DNA of 63,977 nt, filler included, from an uncultured bacterium (lineage in GTDB: Bacteria > CAZSTA01): the NCBI GenBank assembly GCA_964609495.1. It is 6 parts of 6 records of this genome, joined end to end, with 100 filler letters (N's around TTAATTAATTAA, not from the genome) between each part and the next. Parts side by side here need not be neighbours in the genome. Positions count along the whole stretch, not along the records: positions 1 to 10,791 come from CAZSTA010000123.1; positions 10,892 to 21,658 come from CAZSTA010000124.1; 4 more parts are not named here. One strand, written 5' to 3'. The notes beneath the pieces were generated by a model. The model had not been told where the DNA came from and searched no databases. It saw only the letters and a list, made by a program, of their open reading frames with translations. Shown here piece by piece: positions 9,540-17,951 of this stretch (positions are counted from its first letter, which is position 1; each line of letters opens with the position of its first letter). Made by a program: the position numbers and the translations under genes.

Positions 9540-10619
9540 ATGATATTAAACGCGGATTTAGAGAAAGCCAAAGCAAGATGGGAAGCCTGGTTTGACGGGA
9601 CCCTTAAAAAGGGTCCGATTGTTTCGATAACTGCCCCCCTTAGTAAATCCAGGGTAACACCTTTTGATGTAAAGCAACCTGATACAATAGAGGAGAGATG
9701 GACCGACGCTGAATACAGAGCAAGAGTTGTTAGAAATTCGATTATGTCCACCTGGTATGGTGGAGATGCGGTACCATCGTGGTTTGTGAATTTCGGACCG
9801 GGATCAGTTGCCTCCTATCTTGGTTCGAGAACTGAATTTGCTGATGACACAGTTTGGTTTAACCAGTTTGAGGATAACAGTCTGGAAAATATCCTTCGGA
9901 CAATTCACTACGATGAGAACAATCGCCTATGGAAGATCGCCCAGGAAATGACAAAACGGGTTCTGGAGATCGCCGAGGGAAACTTTATCGTTTCCTTTGC
10001 GGATATAGGTGGAATATTGGATATTCTAGCTTCATTGAGAGGTTCTGAACCTCTACTTGCGGATCTCGTAGATTCTCCTGAGTTGGTTCATAAATGTGCA
10101 GACAAAATCGTGGATCTTTGGCTCAGGTATTTTTATGAACTGAAGGCTATAATGGATGCTCACGGTCAGCACGGCTATACCTGTTGGATGCCTTGTTGGT
10201 CGGAGAAGGAATGGTACACCCTCCAATGTGATTTCTCTGAGATGATCTCTCCGGATATGTTCAAGGAGTTTGTAGTGCCAAGATTAGAGAAGGAGGCTTC
10301 CACGATAGGACGCTCTATCTATCACTGGGATGGTCCCGGTGAACTTCCCCATCTCGATCACATCCTCAGCGTAGAAAAGGTGAACGCTGTTCAGTATGTT
10401 TCTGTTGTCCCTCGTGATCCTCCTAACGAATCTCTCCATTGGCTTCCCTATTACAGGCGTATCGCAGAATCAGGAAGGGGAGTATTTATCTTCACTAGCG
10501 ATTTCGATCAGACCTATGAGCTTTCTCAGAGGATGCCCGCGGAGAGGCTTGCCTTTCACATCCATGCGAAAAGCAAGGATGACGCGATAGCTTTCCTGAA
10601 GAGGTTCGATCTGGAATAA
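9540..10619 (+). CDS. Uroporphyrinogen decarboxylase/methylcobamide methyltransferase-superfamily protein
   Basis: NFGPG...YLG, DILASLRG, LQCDFSEMISP.MF.EFV.P, IYHWDGPG.LPHLD.IL. Confidence 0.8.
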   Translation: MILNADLEKAKARWEAWFDGTLKKGPIVSITAPLSKSRVTPFDVKQPDTIEERWTDAEYRARVVRNSIMSTWYGGDAVPSWFVNFGPGSVASYLGSRTEFADDTVWFNQFEDNSLENILRTIHYDENNRLWKIAQEMTKRVLEIAEGNFIVSFADIGGILDILASLRGSEPLLADLVDSPELVHKCADKIVDLWLRYFYELKAIMDAHGQHGYTCWMPCWSEKEWYTLQCDFSEMISPDMFKEFVVPRLEKEASTIGRSIYHWDGPGELPHLDHILSVEKVNAVQYVSVVPRDPPNESLHWLPYYRRIAESGRGVFIFTSDFDQTYELSQRMPAERLAFHIHAKSKDDAIAFLKRFDLE

Positions 10620-10791
10620 GATGGGAATCGGGCGTGTCGGAACTTTGTCGCTTATTCTCAAGATACCTGACATTGAGCTTTGATTTAGATATAATATAAA
10701 TAACAGTTATAGTTATACATAAACGAAGTATCAGTTATTTTAAAGTCAGCTTCCATTGCACTCTATACGCTGATGGCGACTCAGCAACAGA

Positions 10792-10891
10792 NNNNNNNNN
10801 NNNNNNNNNNNNNNNNNNNNNNNNNNNNNNNNNNNTTAATTAATTAANNNNNNNNNNNNNNNNNNNNNNNNNNNNNNNNNNNNNNNNNNNN
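10792..10891. other. Artificial contig linker
   Basis: N44-TTAATTAATTAA-N44, stops in all six frames. Confidence 0.98.
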
Positions 10892-10893
10892 AA

Positions 10894-13782
10894 GCTGAGC
10901 CTGGTAGCCCTCCCACCGCTCCTGTCAGGGGTGGAGCCAATATCGAATGGGTGAAGAACCTCCGAAACAGCTTACAGCAGATATTTCCTCCCAATTATCC
11001 GACTAAGACGGAATTGGAGAGAGCTTTCCGTGAATTTCAATATATCCTAACTAAAGACCCCGGTGACGCCTCTGCACACGTGGGGATGGGCGAAGCTTAT
11101 GAGGATAGAGGGGAATTTGATAAGGCTCAAGAGGAATACCTAAACGCTTTGGAGATCGACCCTCAACTACCTAGCGCCTATAAGGGATTGGCTGATATCT
11201 ACGATCGTAAGGGAGAACATAAGAAGGCTGTTAGGTATTATTTGAAAGCGATCAATCTTTATCCTCAATATGCGGAAGCACATCTCGGCTTAGCCGCAAG
11301 CTATTACTGGCAAGGTGATATGGACAAAGCTAGGGAGGAACTCGAGGAGACGCTCAAGCAGAAAGCCAAACCAGAGACGATAAAATTCGCCTATTGGAGT
11401 CTGGGAAATATTGAGAGGGTCAAGCAAAATTATGAAGAGGCTATAAACTTCTATAACAAGGTTTTAGAGCTCGATCCCAATTTTGTGGATGCTCATATTG
11501 TAATAGCCACTGTCTATTCAATTCAGGGGGAGGTAATCAATGCTATATATGAGTATCAAGAAGCTATAAAGCTCGATCCAGATAACATAGAACCCTATAA
11601 CTCGCTAGGCAGGATATATAGGAGTATGGGAAAGTATGAAGCGACTAGGAAGATATATGGGGAGCTTTTGGATATCGTCCAGAGCGATTCTGAAAAGGCA
11701 GATATTCACCTTAATTTAGGGCGATTATACGATGCCCTGGGTAAAGTAGAGCAAGCGATCGAGGAGTATGAACATAGCCTCAAATTAAAACCCGATAATG
11801 GGCTCATTTACAAGCTACTTGGTGAGGATCTTTATCGGCTAGATCGCTACCAGGAGGCTATAACAAATTATCAGAGAGCTATCTTCCTAGATCCTAAATA
11901 TGCTGAGGCTTATGGAGGGTTAGGGGAGGTTTATCTCGCTCGAGGTGAGCTGGAGAAAGCGGAGAAGGAATTATTAAAGGCGATAGAATTAGCCCCCTCC
12001 GATTCTCGATATCATAGCAACTTAAAAGAGGTATATCAGAAGCTGGGGAAGGAAGAGGAAGCCCAAAGGGAGTCTCAGATAGTAGAAGATCTGGAGAGAC
12101 AGGTGCTGGAGGAACTTATATCTCCCAGCACTGCCTGGGAGTATGAGCGTCTGGGATTAGCTTATAAATCTATGAGAGATGAGGATAAGGCGCTGGAGAG
12201 CTTTCAGAAGAGTCTGGAATTAAATCCCAGCAACGCCGAAGTGCATAAATACCTAGGAGATATATACTCAGAGAGAAAAGATGAAGAGAAGGCAAAGGAA
12301 TCGTATCAGAGAGCCATAGCCTTGAATACCAATTATGCCGATGTTTATTACTCCCTAGGAAATATCTATCGGTCTGAGAGGAATTTAGATAAAGCTATCG
12401 AGGCTTATAAGAGAGCGATCTCCTTAGATCCCAATAATAGCCTTACCTACTACTCCTTAGCCTCGATCTATGGAGATCGAGGGGAGGTAGATCTAGCTAT
12501 TCAGGAACTGGGGAAGGCGATTCTTCTCTCCTCGGAGGAGGATATAAATACCGCTTGGTATCATTGGTATCTGGGATTGATGCTGGAGAAGAAGGGGGAA
12601 TTAAACAAAGCCACCACCTCCTATCGGGAAGCTATCGAGCTCAATCCTAAGGAAGGGGGTTTTCATTGGTCGTTAGCTCAAGCCTATCTGGATCAAGGGG
12701 AGATAGACAAGGCGATAACTGAATACAACAAGGCGATATCTCTAAATCCCAACGATGGTTCTTATCATTACTTTCTAGCCCTGGCTTATGAGAAGAAGAA
12801 TGATTTAGAAGCCGCGATCGAAGAGCTACAGATATCGACTGAATTGGAGGAGAAAAACGGCAATCTGGAGGATGCCGCTATATCTTGGGGAGAGATAGGT
12901 AGGATCTGGAAGCTGAGGGGCGAAACTGATAGAGCGATCCAAGCTTATAAGAAGGCGATCTCCTTAGTTCCTCAGATGAGGATGCAACACTCCTCCTTGG
13001 GATATATCTATCAAGATCAAGGGAATCTACTTGATGCCTTGCAAGAATTTAAGACCGCGGTTGAGTTACCACTTGACGAATTCTCAGATCCAGTCGCAGA
13101 TTATCGCTCTCTCGCTCTCATATACTTCCAGTTGGGCAGGGCCGAGGAGGCAATTGAAGCTTATAATCAAGCCCTAGCTCTAGATCCAAACGATGGTCTC
13201 AGTTGTTTGGGGATAGGTATAGCCTACTATGAAAATGGGCAACTGGAAAAAGCTGTTGAGAAGTTAGAGAAAGCCGCTCAAATATTTGAAGGCGATCCCA
13301 CTATGGAGGCTTTAGCTCACGGCTCTTTAGGAGATATATACTCCCTAGAGAGGGCTCTCGAGATGGCGAAGAGATCTTATAAGAAAGCTTTGGAATTGAT
13401 TCCCAGCGATGGGATGTATCACTTCGGCTTGGGAACGGTATATCTAAGGGAAGGAGATGAGAAGGAAGCTAGAGAGAAACGCAATATGGCTACGATTCTT
13501 TTCAAGGAGAGACCAGAGACGCTCATCCAGTCATATCAGACCTTATTATCCTATCGAGGAGAGAAGCTTTTGAACGATTATGAGAGGTTATTCCAAGAGG
13601 TTATAAAGCTTGAGCCCGCAAATGGGATAGCTCGAATGTTACTAGGGGCTATAGAATTTAATAAAGGCGATTATGAGAAAGCTAAAAAGCAATTGGAACT
13701 TTCCCTGCTTATCGTGTCCGCTAATCCACATCTCAAGGATCTGATCGAGGGAACATTATCACAGTTGAAGTCCTATGAATAG
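10894..13782 (+). CDS. Large tetratricopeptide repeat protein, probably 5'-partial
   Basis: >20 TPR motifs; frame stays open upstream of GTG 10951 to the contig edge. Confidence 0.88.
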   Translation, partial: AEPGSPPTAPVRGGANIEWVKNLRNSLQQIFPPNYPTKTELERAFREFQYILTKDPGDASAHVGMGEAYEDRGEFDKAQEEYLNALEIDPQLPSAYKGLADIYDRKGEHKKAVRYYLKAINLYPQYAEAHLGLAASYYWQGDMDKAREELEETLKQKAKPETIKFAYWSLGNIERVKQNYEEAINFYNKVLELDPNFVDAHIVIATVYSIQGEVINAIYEYQEAIKLDPDNIEPYNSLGRIYRSMGKYEATRKIYGELLDIVQSDSEKADIHLNLGRLYDALGKVEQAIEEYEHSLKLKPDNGLIYKLLGEDLYRLDRYQEAITNYQRAIFLDPKYAEAYGGLGEVYLARGELEKAEKELLKAIELAPSDSRYHSNLKEVYQKLGKEEEAQRESQIVEDLERQVLEELISPSTAWEYERLGLAYKSMRDEDKALESFQKSLELNPSNAEVHKYLGDIYSERKDEEKAKESYQRAIALNTNYADVYYSLGNIYRSERNLDKAIEAYKRAISLDPNNSLTYYSLASIYGDRGEVDLAIQELGKAILLSSEEDINTAWYHWYLGLMLEKKGELNKATTSYREAIELNPKEGGFHWSLAQAYLDQGEIDKAITEYNKAISLNPNDGSYHYFLALAYEKKNDLEAAIEELQISTELEEKNGNLEDAAISWGEIGRIWKLRGETDRAIQAYKKAISLVPQMRMQHSSLGYIYQDQGNLLDALQEFKTAVELPLDEFSDPVADYRSLALIYFQLGRAEEAIEAYNQALALDPNDGLSCLGIGIAYYENGQLEKAVEKLEKAAQIFEGDPTMEALAHGSLGDIYSLERALEMAKRSYKKALELIPSDGMYHFGLGTVYLREGDEKEAREKRNMATILFKERPETLIQSYQTLLSYRGEKLLNDYERLFQEVIKLEPANGIARMLLGAIEFNKGDYEKAKKQLELSLLIVSANPHLKDLIEGTLSQLKSYE

Positions 13783-14446
13783 TCGTATTCTGATTTTAAG
13801 TGACAACCCAGAGCTAAAGGAAAAGCTAAGAGCTAACTTAATGATGTTAGGTTATGAAGTATCATTAACTACAGGTAGCGAGGTTAAAGAGGATCTATCT
13901 CAAGTGATGGAGGTAGATCTTATAGTTATAGATCCTGAACATCCTCAGATAGATGGATCTAGGTTATGTCAGATTATAAGATCTAAGGAAGATCTTCGGG
14001 ATATCCCTGTAATTGTGATGATGCAGGAAAAAGAGCTGATAAGATTCGACTTTTCGCTAGGAATAAGCGATTTTATCCTCAAACCTTTGAGTATCGATGA
14101 ACTTGAAGGGAGAATTAGGCAGGCTTTAAGGCGAGAAAATAAGAGGGATAAGAGCGAAGTCATTAGAGTAGGTGAATTGGTGATAGATCCTATTAACTAT
14201 GAGGTCACTATAAGAGGTAAAATAGTTGATCTTACTCTCAAAGAGTATGAATTACTCAAATTTTTAGCTCTGAATAAGGGAAGAGTCTTTAGTCGAGAGG
14301 AACTTCTGGAGCGAGTATGGGGCTTCGATTACTTTGGAGGGACGAGAACAGTTGATGTTCACATAAGACGTCTGAGAGCTAAGTTAGAAAGCGAGGAGAG
14401 TTTGATAGATACGATCAGGGGAGTAGGATATAGGGTGAACGGGTAA
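13775..14446 (+). CDS. OmpR-family response regulator, GlnR-like, with atypical receiver domain
   Basis: LTLKEYELL.FL, VWGFDYFGGTRTVDVHIRRLRAKL; receiver lacks the acidic pair and the conserved Thr/Ser; no kinase gene adjacent. Confidence 0.85.
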   Translation: MNSRILILSDNPELKEKLRANLMMLGYEVSLTTGSEVKEDLSQVMEVDLIVIDPEHPQIDGSRLCQIIRSKEDLRDIPVIVMMQEKELIRFDFSLGISDFILKPLSIDELEGRIRQALRRENKRDKSEVIRVGELVIDPINYEVTIRGKIVDLTLKEYELLKFLALNKGRVFSREELLERVWGFDYFGGTRTVDVHIRRLRAKLESEESLIDTIRGVGYRVNG

Positions 14447-15010
14447 TTAATATCTTTCAAGAAATTTGTCGATTATCTCTTGGGGCAATTCATCTCTATT
14501 AGAAGGATCCACTGGGAGAACGACACTTTGCCCAGAAAGATACTTACCTACAACATCTACCAATTCTGGACGTATAACTATTAAGGCTATGAGGAATTCT
14601 CCCTTATCTAGCACCTCCTTCCAGTTGACGAATCCCCTCCCCTGCTCTAGCTCTAAAGGGCCGATCTCGTCGATAATTAGAATAGTAGAGGGAAACTCCC
14701 CCTCCTCTCCACATTTCTTATCGATACAAGTGGCTCTGGAGAGTAACCTTCTGCCCCACTCCAGAGCCGCTTCGGAGAAGCTATATCTACCTTGTCTAGG
14801 CCCAGGGAGATCTTCGTCAACTCTAGCTAAGATCTTCCTCTCTCCACTATATAAGTCTATGATCTCAATCCCTATCTCATTTCCTTCCTTAAAGATGGCG
14901 GGAGATATAAAGCCTTTACAGAGATAGCCCCTCCGTCCTACTAACTCACATAATTTTCGACAGATGACGGTCTTACCTACTCCTCGCTCGCCAGTTAAGA
15001 TCACAATCAA
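14447..15010 (-). CDS. Nucleoside triphosphatase (THEP1/DUF2478-like)
   Basis: ILTGERGVGKT Walker A, IIDEIGPLEL Walker B; TTG start after GAGGAGG. Confidence 0.82.
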   Translation of the reverse strand: MIVILTGERGVGKTVICRKLCELVGRRGYLCKGFISPAIFKEGNEIGIEIIDLYSGERKILARVDEDLPGPRQGRYSFSEAALEWGRRLLSRATCIDKKCGEEGEFPSTILIIDEIGPLELEQGRGFVNWKEVLDKGEFLIALIVIRPELVDVVGKYLSGQSVVLPVDPSNRDELPQEIIDKFLERY

Positions 15011-15030
15011 TATCTTCCTCCTCGCTAAAT

Positions 15031-15065
15031 AAACTGTGATCGTCGGGGTTTGACGATCACAGTTT
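15031..15065. terminator. Hairpin downstream of glnA
   Basis: Perfect 14-bp inverted repeat AAACTGTGATCGTC/GACGATCACAGTTT. Confidence 0.65.
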
Positions 15066-15108
15066 GAGGTGAGGTGTAACAGTAACATCAACCTATATCT
15101 GTAATCTA

Positions 15109-16446
15109 CTAGAGAGTTGGAAGATAACGATCTAGCTCATATCCAGTGACCTGAGATCTATAGTCCTCCCACTCTATCTTCTTGTTTTCAATGAGTGAGT
15201 AGAATACATGATCTCCCAGGGTCTTCCTCACTAACTCGCTGCTCTCAGCCACCTCGATTGCCTCTACAAGGCTACCAGGGAGAGTTGCTATTCCCCTCTC
15301 TGCTCTTTCCTCCTCCGTCATCTCATATACATTCTCCTTAATTGGCTCTCTTAGCTCATAACCCTTCTCAACTCCCTCTAGGCCAGCAGCCAGCATAACC
15401 GCAAAGGCGAGGTAGGGATTACAAGCAGGATCGGGAGCGCGATACTCAACTCTAGTAGCTTTCTCCCGTCCAGGTTTATATACGGGGACCCTTATTAAAT
15501 CCGATCTGTTGCGTTGAGCCCAGGAGATATACACTGGAGCCTCATAACCAGGCACCAATCTCTTGTAGGAGTTGACCCACTGATTTGTGATCAGGGTTAT
15601 CTCTGGAGCGTGCTTTAATAAACCAGCTATATACCCCTTTCCGACTTCGGAAAGATGATATTTGTCCTTAGGATCGAAGAAAGCATTCCTATCACCCTTG
15701 AAGAGAGATTGATGAGTATGCATTCCGCTTCCATTCTCCCCGAAGAAGGGCTTGGGCATAAAGGTAGCATGACAGTTATGTTTAAGTGCCACCTCTTTAA
15801 CTACCAGACGATAGGTCATTGCGCTATCCGCCATCGTCAGGGCATCGGTATATCTTAAATCGATCTCATGCTGGCTAGGAGCCACTTCGTGGTGGCTATA
15901 CTCCACGCCTATCCCCATATCCTCTAAGATTAGAACGGTCTCCCTTCTCAAATCGCTAGCTACATCCAGAGGAGTCAAGTCGAAATAGCCACCTTGATCT
16001 AAGCCCTCCATATTGTCTGGAGAACTGCTCTTAACATAGAAATACTCTAGCTCAGGTCCTACATAGTAGGTATAGCCCATATCCGCGGCTCTTTTCAAAG
16101 TTCTCTTCAGAACCCAACGCGGATCCCCCTCATGAGAGCTACCATCTGGCTCTAAGATGTCGCAGAACATCCTCGCTACCGCACTATGCTCTCTGGGACG
16201 CCAGGGGAGGATCTGGAAGGTATTGGGGTCGGGCATAGCGATCATATCGCTCTCATCTATCCTCGCGAATCCCTCGATCGAGGACCCATCAAATCCCATC
16301 CCCTCCTCTAAAGCTTCCTCTAACTCCTCATAGGTGATAGCGAAGCTCTTGAGGAATCCTAAAATATCGGTAAACCACATTCTGATGAACTTTACGTCCC
16401 TTTCCTTCGCCATTTTCAGGACATATTCTTTATCCTTCTTTTCCAT
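15109..16446 (-). CDS. glnA: Glutamine synthetase type I (GSI-alpha/GlnA2-like)
   Basis: FDGSSIEGF, HHEVAPSQHEI, TFMPKP..GENGSGMHTHQSL, NSYKRLVPGYEAP, RVEYR.PD. Confidence 0.96.
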   Translation of the reverse strand: MEKKDKEYVLKMAKERDVKFIRMWFTDILGFLKSFAITYEELEEALEEGMGFDGSSIEGFARIDESDMIAMPDPNTFQILPWRPREHSAVARMFCDILEPDGSSHEGDPRWVLKRTLKRAADMGYTYYVGPELEYFYVKSSSPDNMEGLDQGGYFDLTPLDVASDLRRETVLILEDMGIGVEYSHHEVAPSQHEIDLRYTDALTMADSAMTYRLVVKEVALKHNCHATFMPKPFFGENGSGMHTHQSLFKGDRNAFFDPKDKYHLSEVGKGYIAGLLKHAPEITLITNQWVNSYKRLVPGYEAPVYISWAQRNRSDLIRVPVYKPGREKATRVEYRAPDPACNPYLAFAVMLAAGLEGVEKGYELREPIKENVYEMTEEERAERGIATLPGSLVEAIEVAESSELVRKTLGDHVFYSLIENKKIEWEDYRSQVTGYELDRYLPTL

Positions 16447-16522
16447 ATTCGGCCTCCTTATCAGATTTTCTCCTTACTTTTCTTTTAAGAACTATTAATT
16501 CTTCCCAAATAGAACTGTTTAA

Positions 16523-16576
16523 ATTATATCATACTTTTGTTTCAAGAATGTTTCAAGGAGGTTAACTTTTTGTAAA
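16523..16576 (-). promoter_or_regulatory. glnA promoter with GlnR-box-like direct repeats
   Basis: Minus strand TTTAC-n6-TTAAC-n6-GAAAC-n6-GAAAC, then extended -10 TGATATAAT. Confidence 0.75.
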
Positions 16577-16651
16577 TTATTAAATCTTTTGATAAGGATA
16601 GAATTATACAAGCCCTGGGCAAAATCGAACCTCAAATAAAATAAAAAACTC

Positions 16652-16712
16652 TTGACGAATCTAAGTTAAATTGGTATAATCTGAATGATAATGAAAATGA
16701 ATTTCAATATCA
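16652..16712 (+). promoter_or_regulatory. Sigma-70 promoter followed by a Fur-box-like palindrome
   Basis: TTGACG-17-TATAAT, then TGATAATGAAAATGAATTTCAATATCA (27-bp imperfect palindrome) upstream of the feo locus. Confidence 0.7.
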
Positions 16713-17198
16713 ACATGAAGATCTGACTGGTATAATTGGATCTCCGTAGATCACAAAGATGAATAAGGGATAGGAATGGAATCAATAAGACCGAAATAGG
16801 AGATAATATCAAAGTGAAGGGGGAAAAGAAGTAGTATTTGGTAGAGGATTAAACAATACTTGTGAAATTGAGGGATGAGGAATGTACCAGGAAATTGAGG
16901 AATTTGAAAGATCACTTCACACAGGAAATTATAAACTTGACTTTTGCGATTTGACAAAGTGCGTGAGATATGATATAAGAGAGATGGAGTAGGTAGTGAT
17001 ACTCATAGTAGAATTTCCCTCGGTGGATGACAAAAGCAGCTCTTATACTCTCGCACCTTTTACTTGAAAGATAGAAGCGAATTCTTCTGGAAGAGCGGCT
17101 GTTTTACCTCGGCTTTAGCGCAGATTATTGGGAAAAGGGATAAAAATTATTCCCTTGGGAAGCTACTGAAAATACTTGATAATTATAGGGGGGTCAAT

Positions 17199-17801
17199 AT
17201 GCTCAAAGGATCCGACATTTTAAAAATAGTAAAAGAGGATATATTAAGAATACTAGGGGAGAGAAAAGAGAAGGTTTCACTGGAATCTATAGAAGCAGAA
17301 ATTAAAGCTTCTAATTCTTTTGTATCTAAAGCGATTGAAGACCTTGAAAAAGAAAATCTGATATTGATTGAAAAAAATCTTGTTGGATTGACAAAGATTG
17401 GACGAGATGAAGCAAAAGATATTGTTGAAAAGCATCTTGTTTTTGAAAATTATTTTAAGAGGACAAAAAATGAAGAGGAAGCCCATAAAGCGGCTCATAT
17501 TATTGAGCATTATGTTTCTGAAGAAGTTATTAAGAATATAAAAGGATTATCTACATTTAAAGAAAGAGGGATTCCTCTAATAGAATTTAAATTGGATAAA
17601 GAACTCTTAATTGCTGATATTGCTATTCCTGACAATGAACAATTTGAGAGAATAGTCAGCATGGGGATATTTCCAGGAGAGGAAATAAAGATAATAAGTG
17701 AGATCCCGAATGGTATTATTGTTAAGATAAAAAATAAAAAATTTTTTCTGGATAAAGACCTAGCAAAAGGAATTAAAGTGTTGGAATATGAAAAGGCATA
17801 A
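17199..17801 (+). CDS. DtxR/MntR-family metal-dependent regulator with C-terminal FeoA (SH3-like) domain
   Basis: wHTH, LT..G...A..IV.KH...E, AH..AH.IEH..S, SMGIFPGEEI; ATG 17199 follows GGGGGG. Confidence 0.82.
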   Translation: MLKGSDILKIVKEDILRILGERKEKVSLESIEAEIKASNSFVSKAIEDLEKENLILIEKNLVGLTKIGRDEAKDIVEKHLVFENYFKRTKNEEEAHKAAHIIEHYVSEEVIKNIKGLSTFKERGIPLIEFKLDKELLIADIAIPDNEQFERIVSMGIFPGEEIKIISEIPNGIIVKIKNKKFFLDKDLAKGIKVLEYEKA

Positions 17802-17951
17802 AGAATTGAAGAAACATTGAAGTCATCAGAAATGATATGATAGACCATTTACAAAGTAGGGGATAAGAAGTTATTCACATTGTTGCGAGATTGTTATAGG
17901 ATCATTACGCAAAGCAACTGAGAAATATAAGAACGAGGGGGGAATCTTAAT

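Noticed and set aside
17064-17198. 45-aa N-terminal extension of the DtxR-like ORF from TTG 17064
   Set aside because: No RBS there; ATG 17199 has a G-rich RBS and matches the family start
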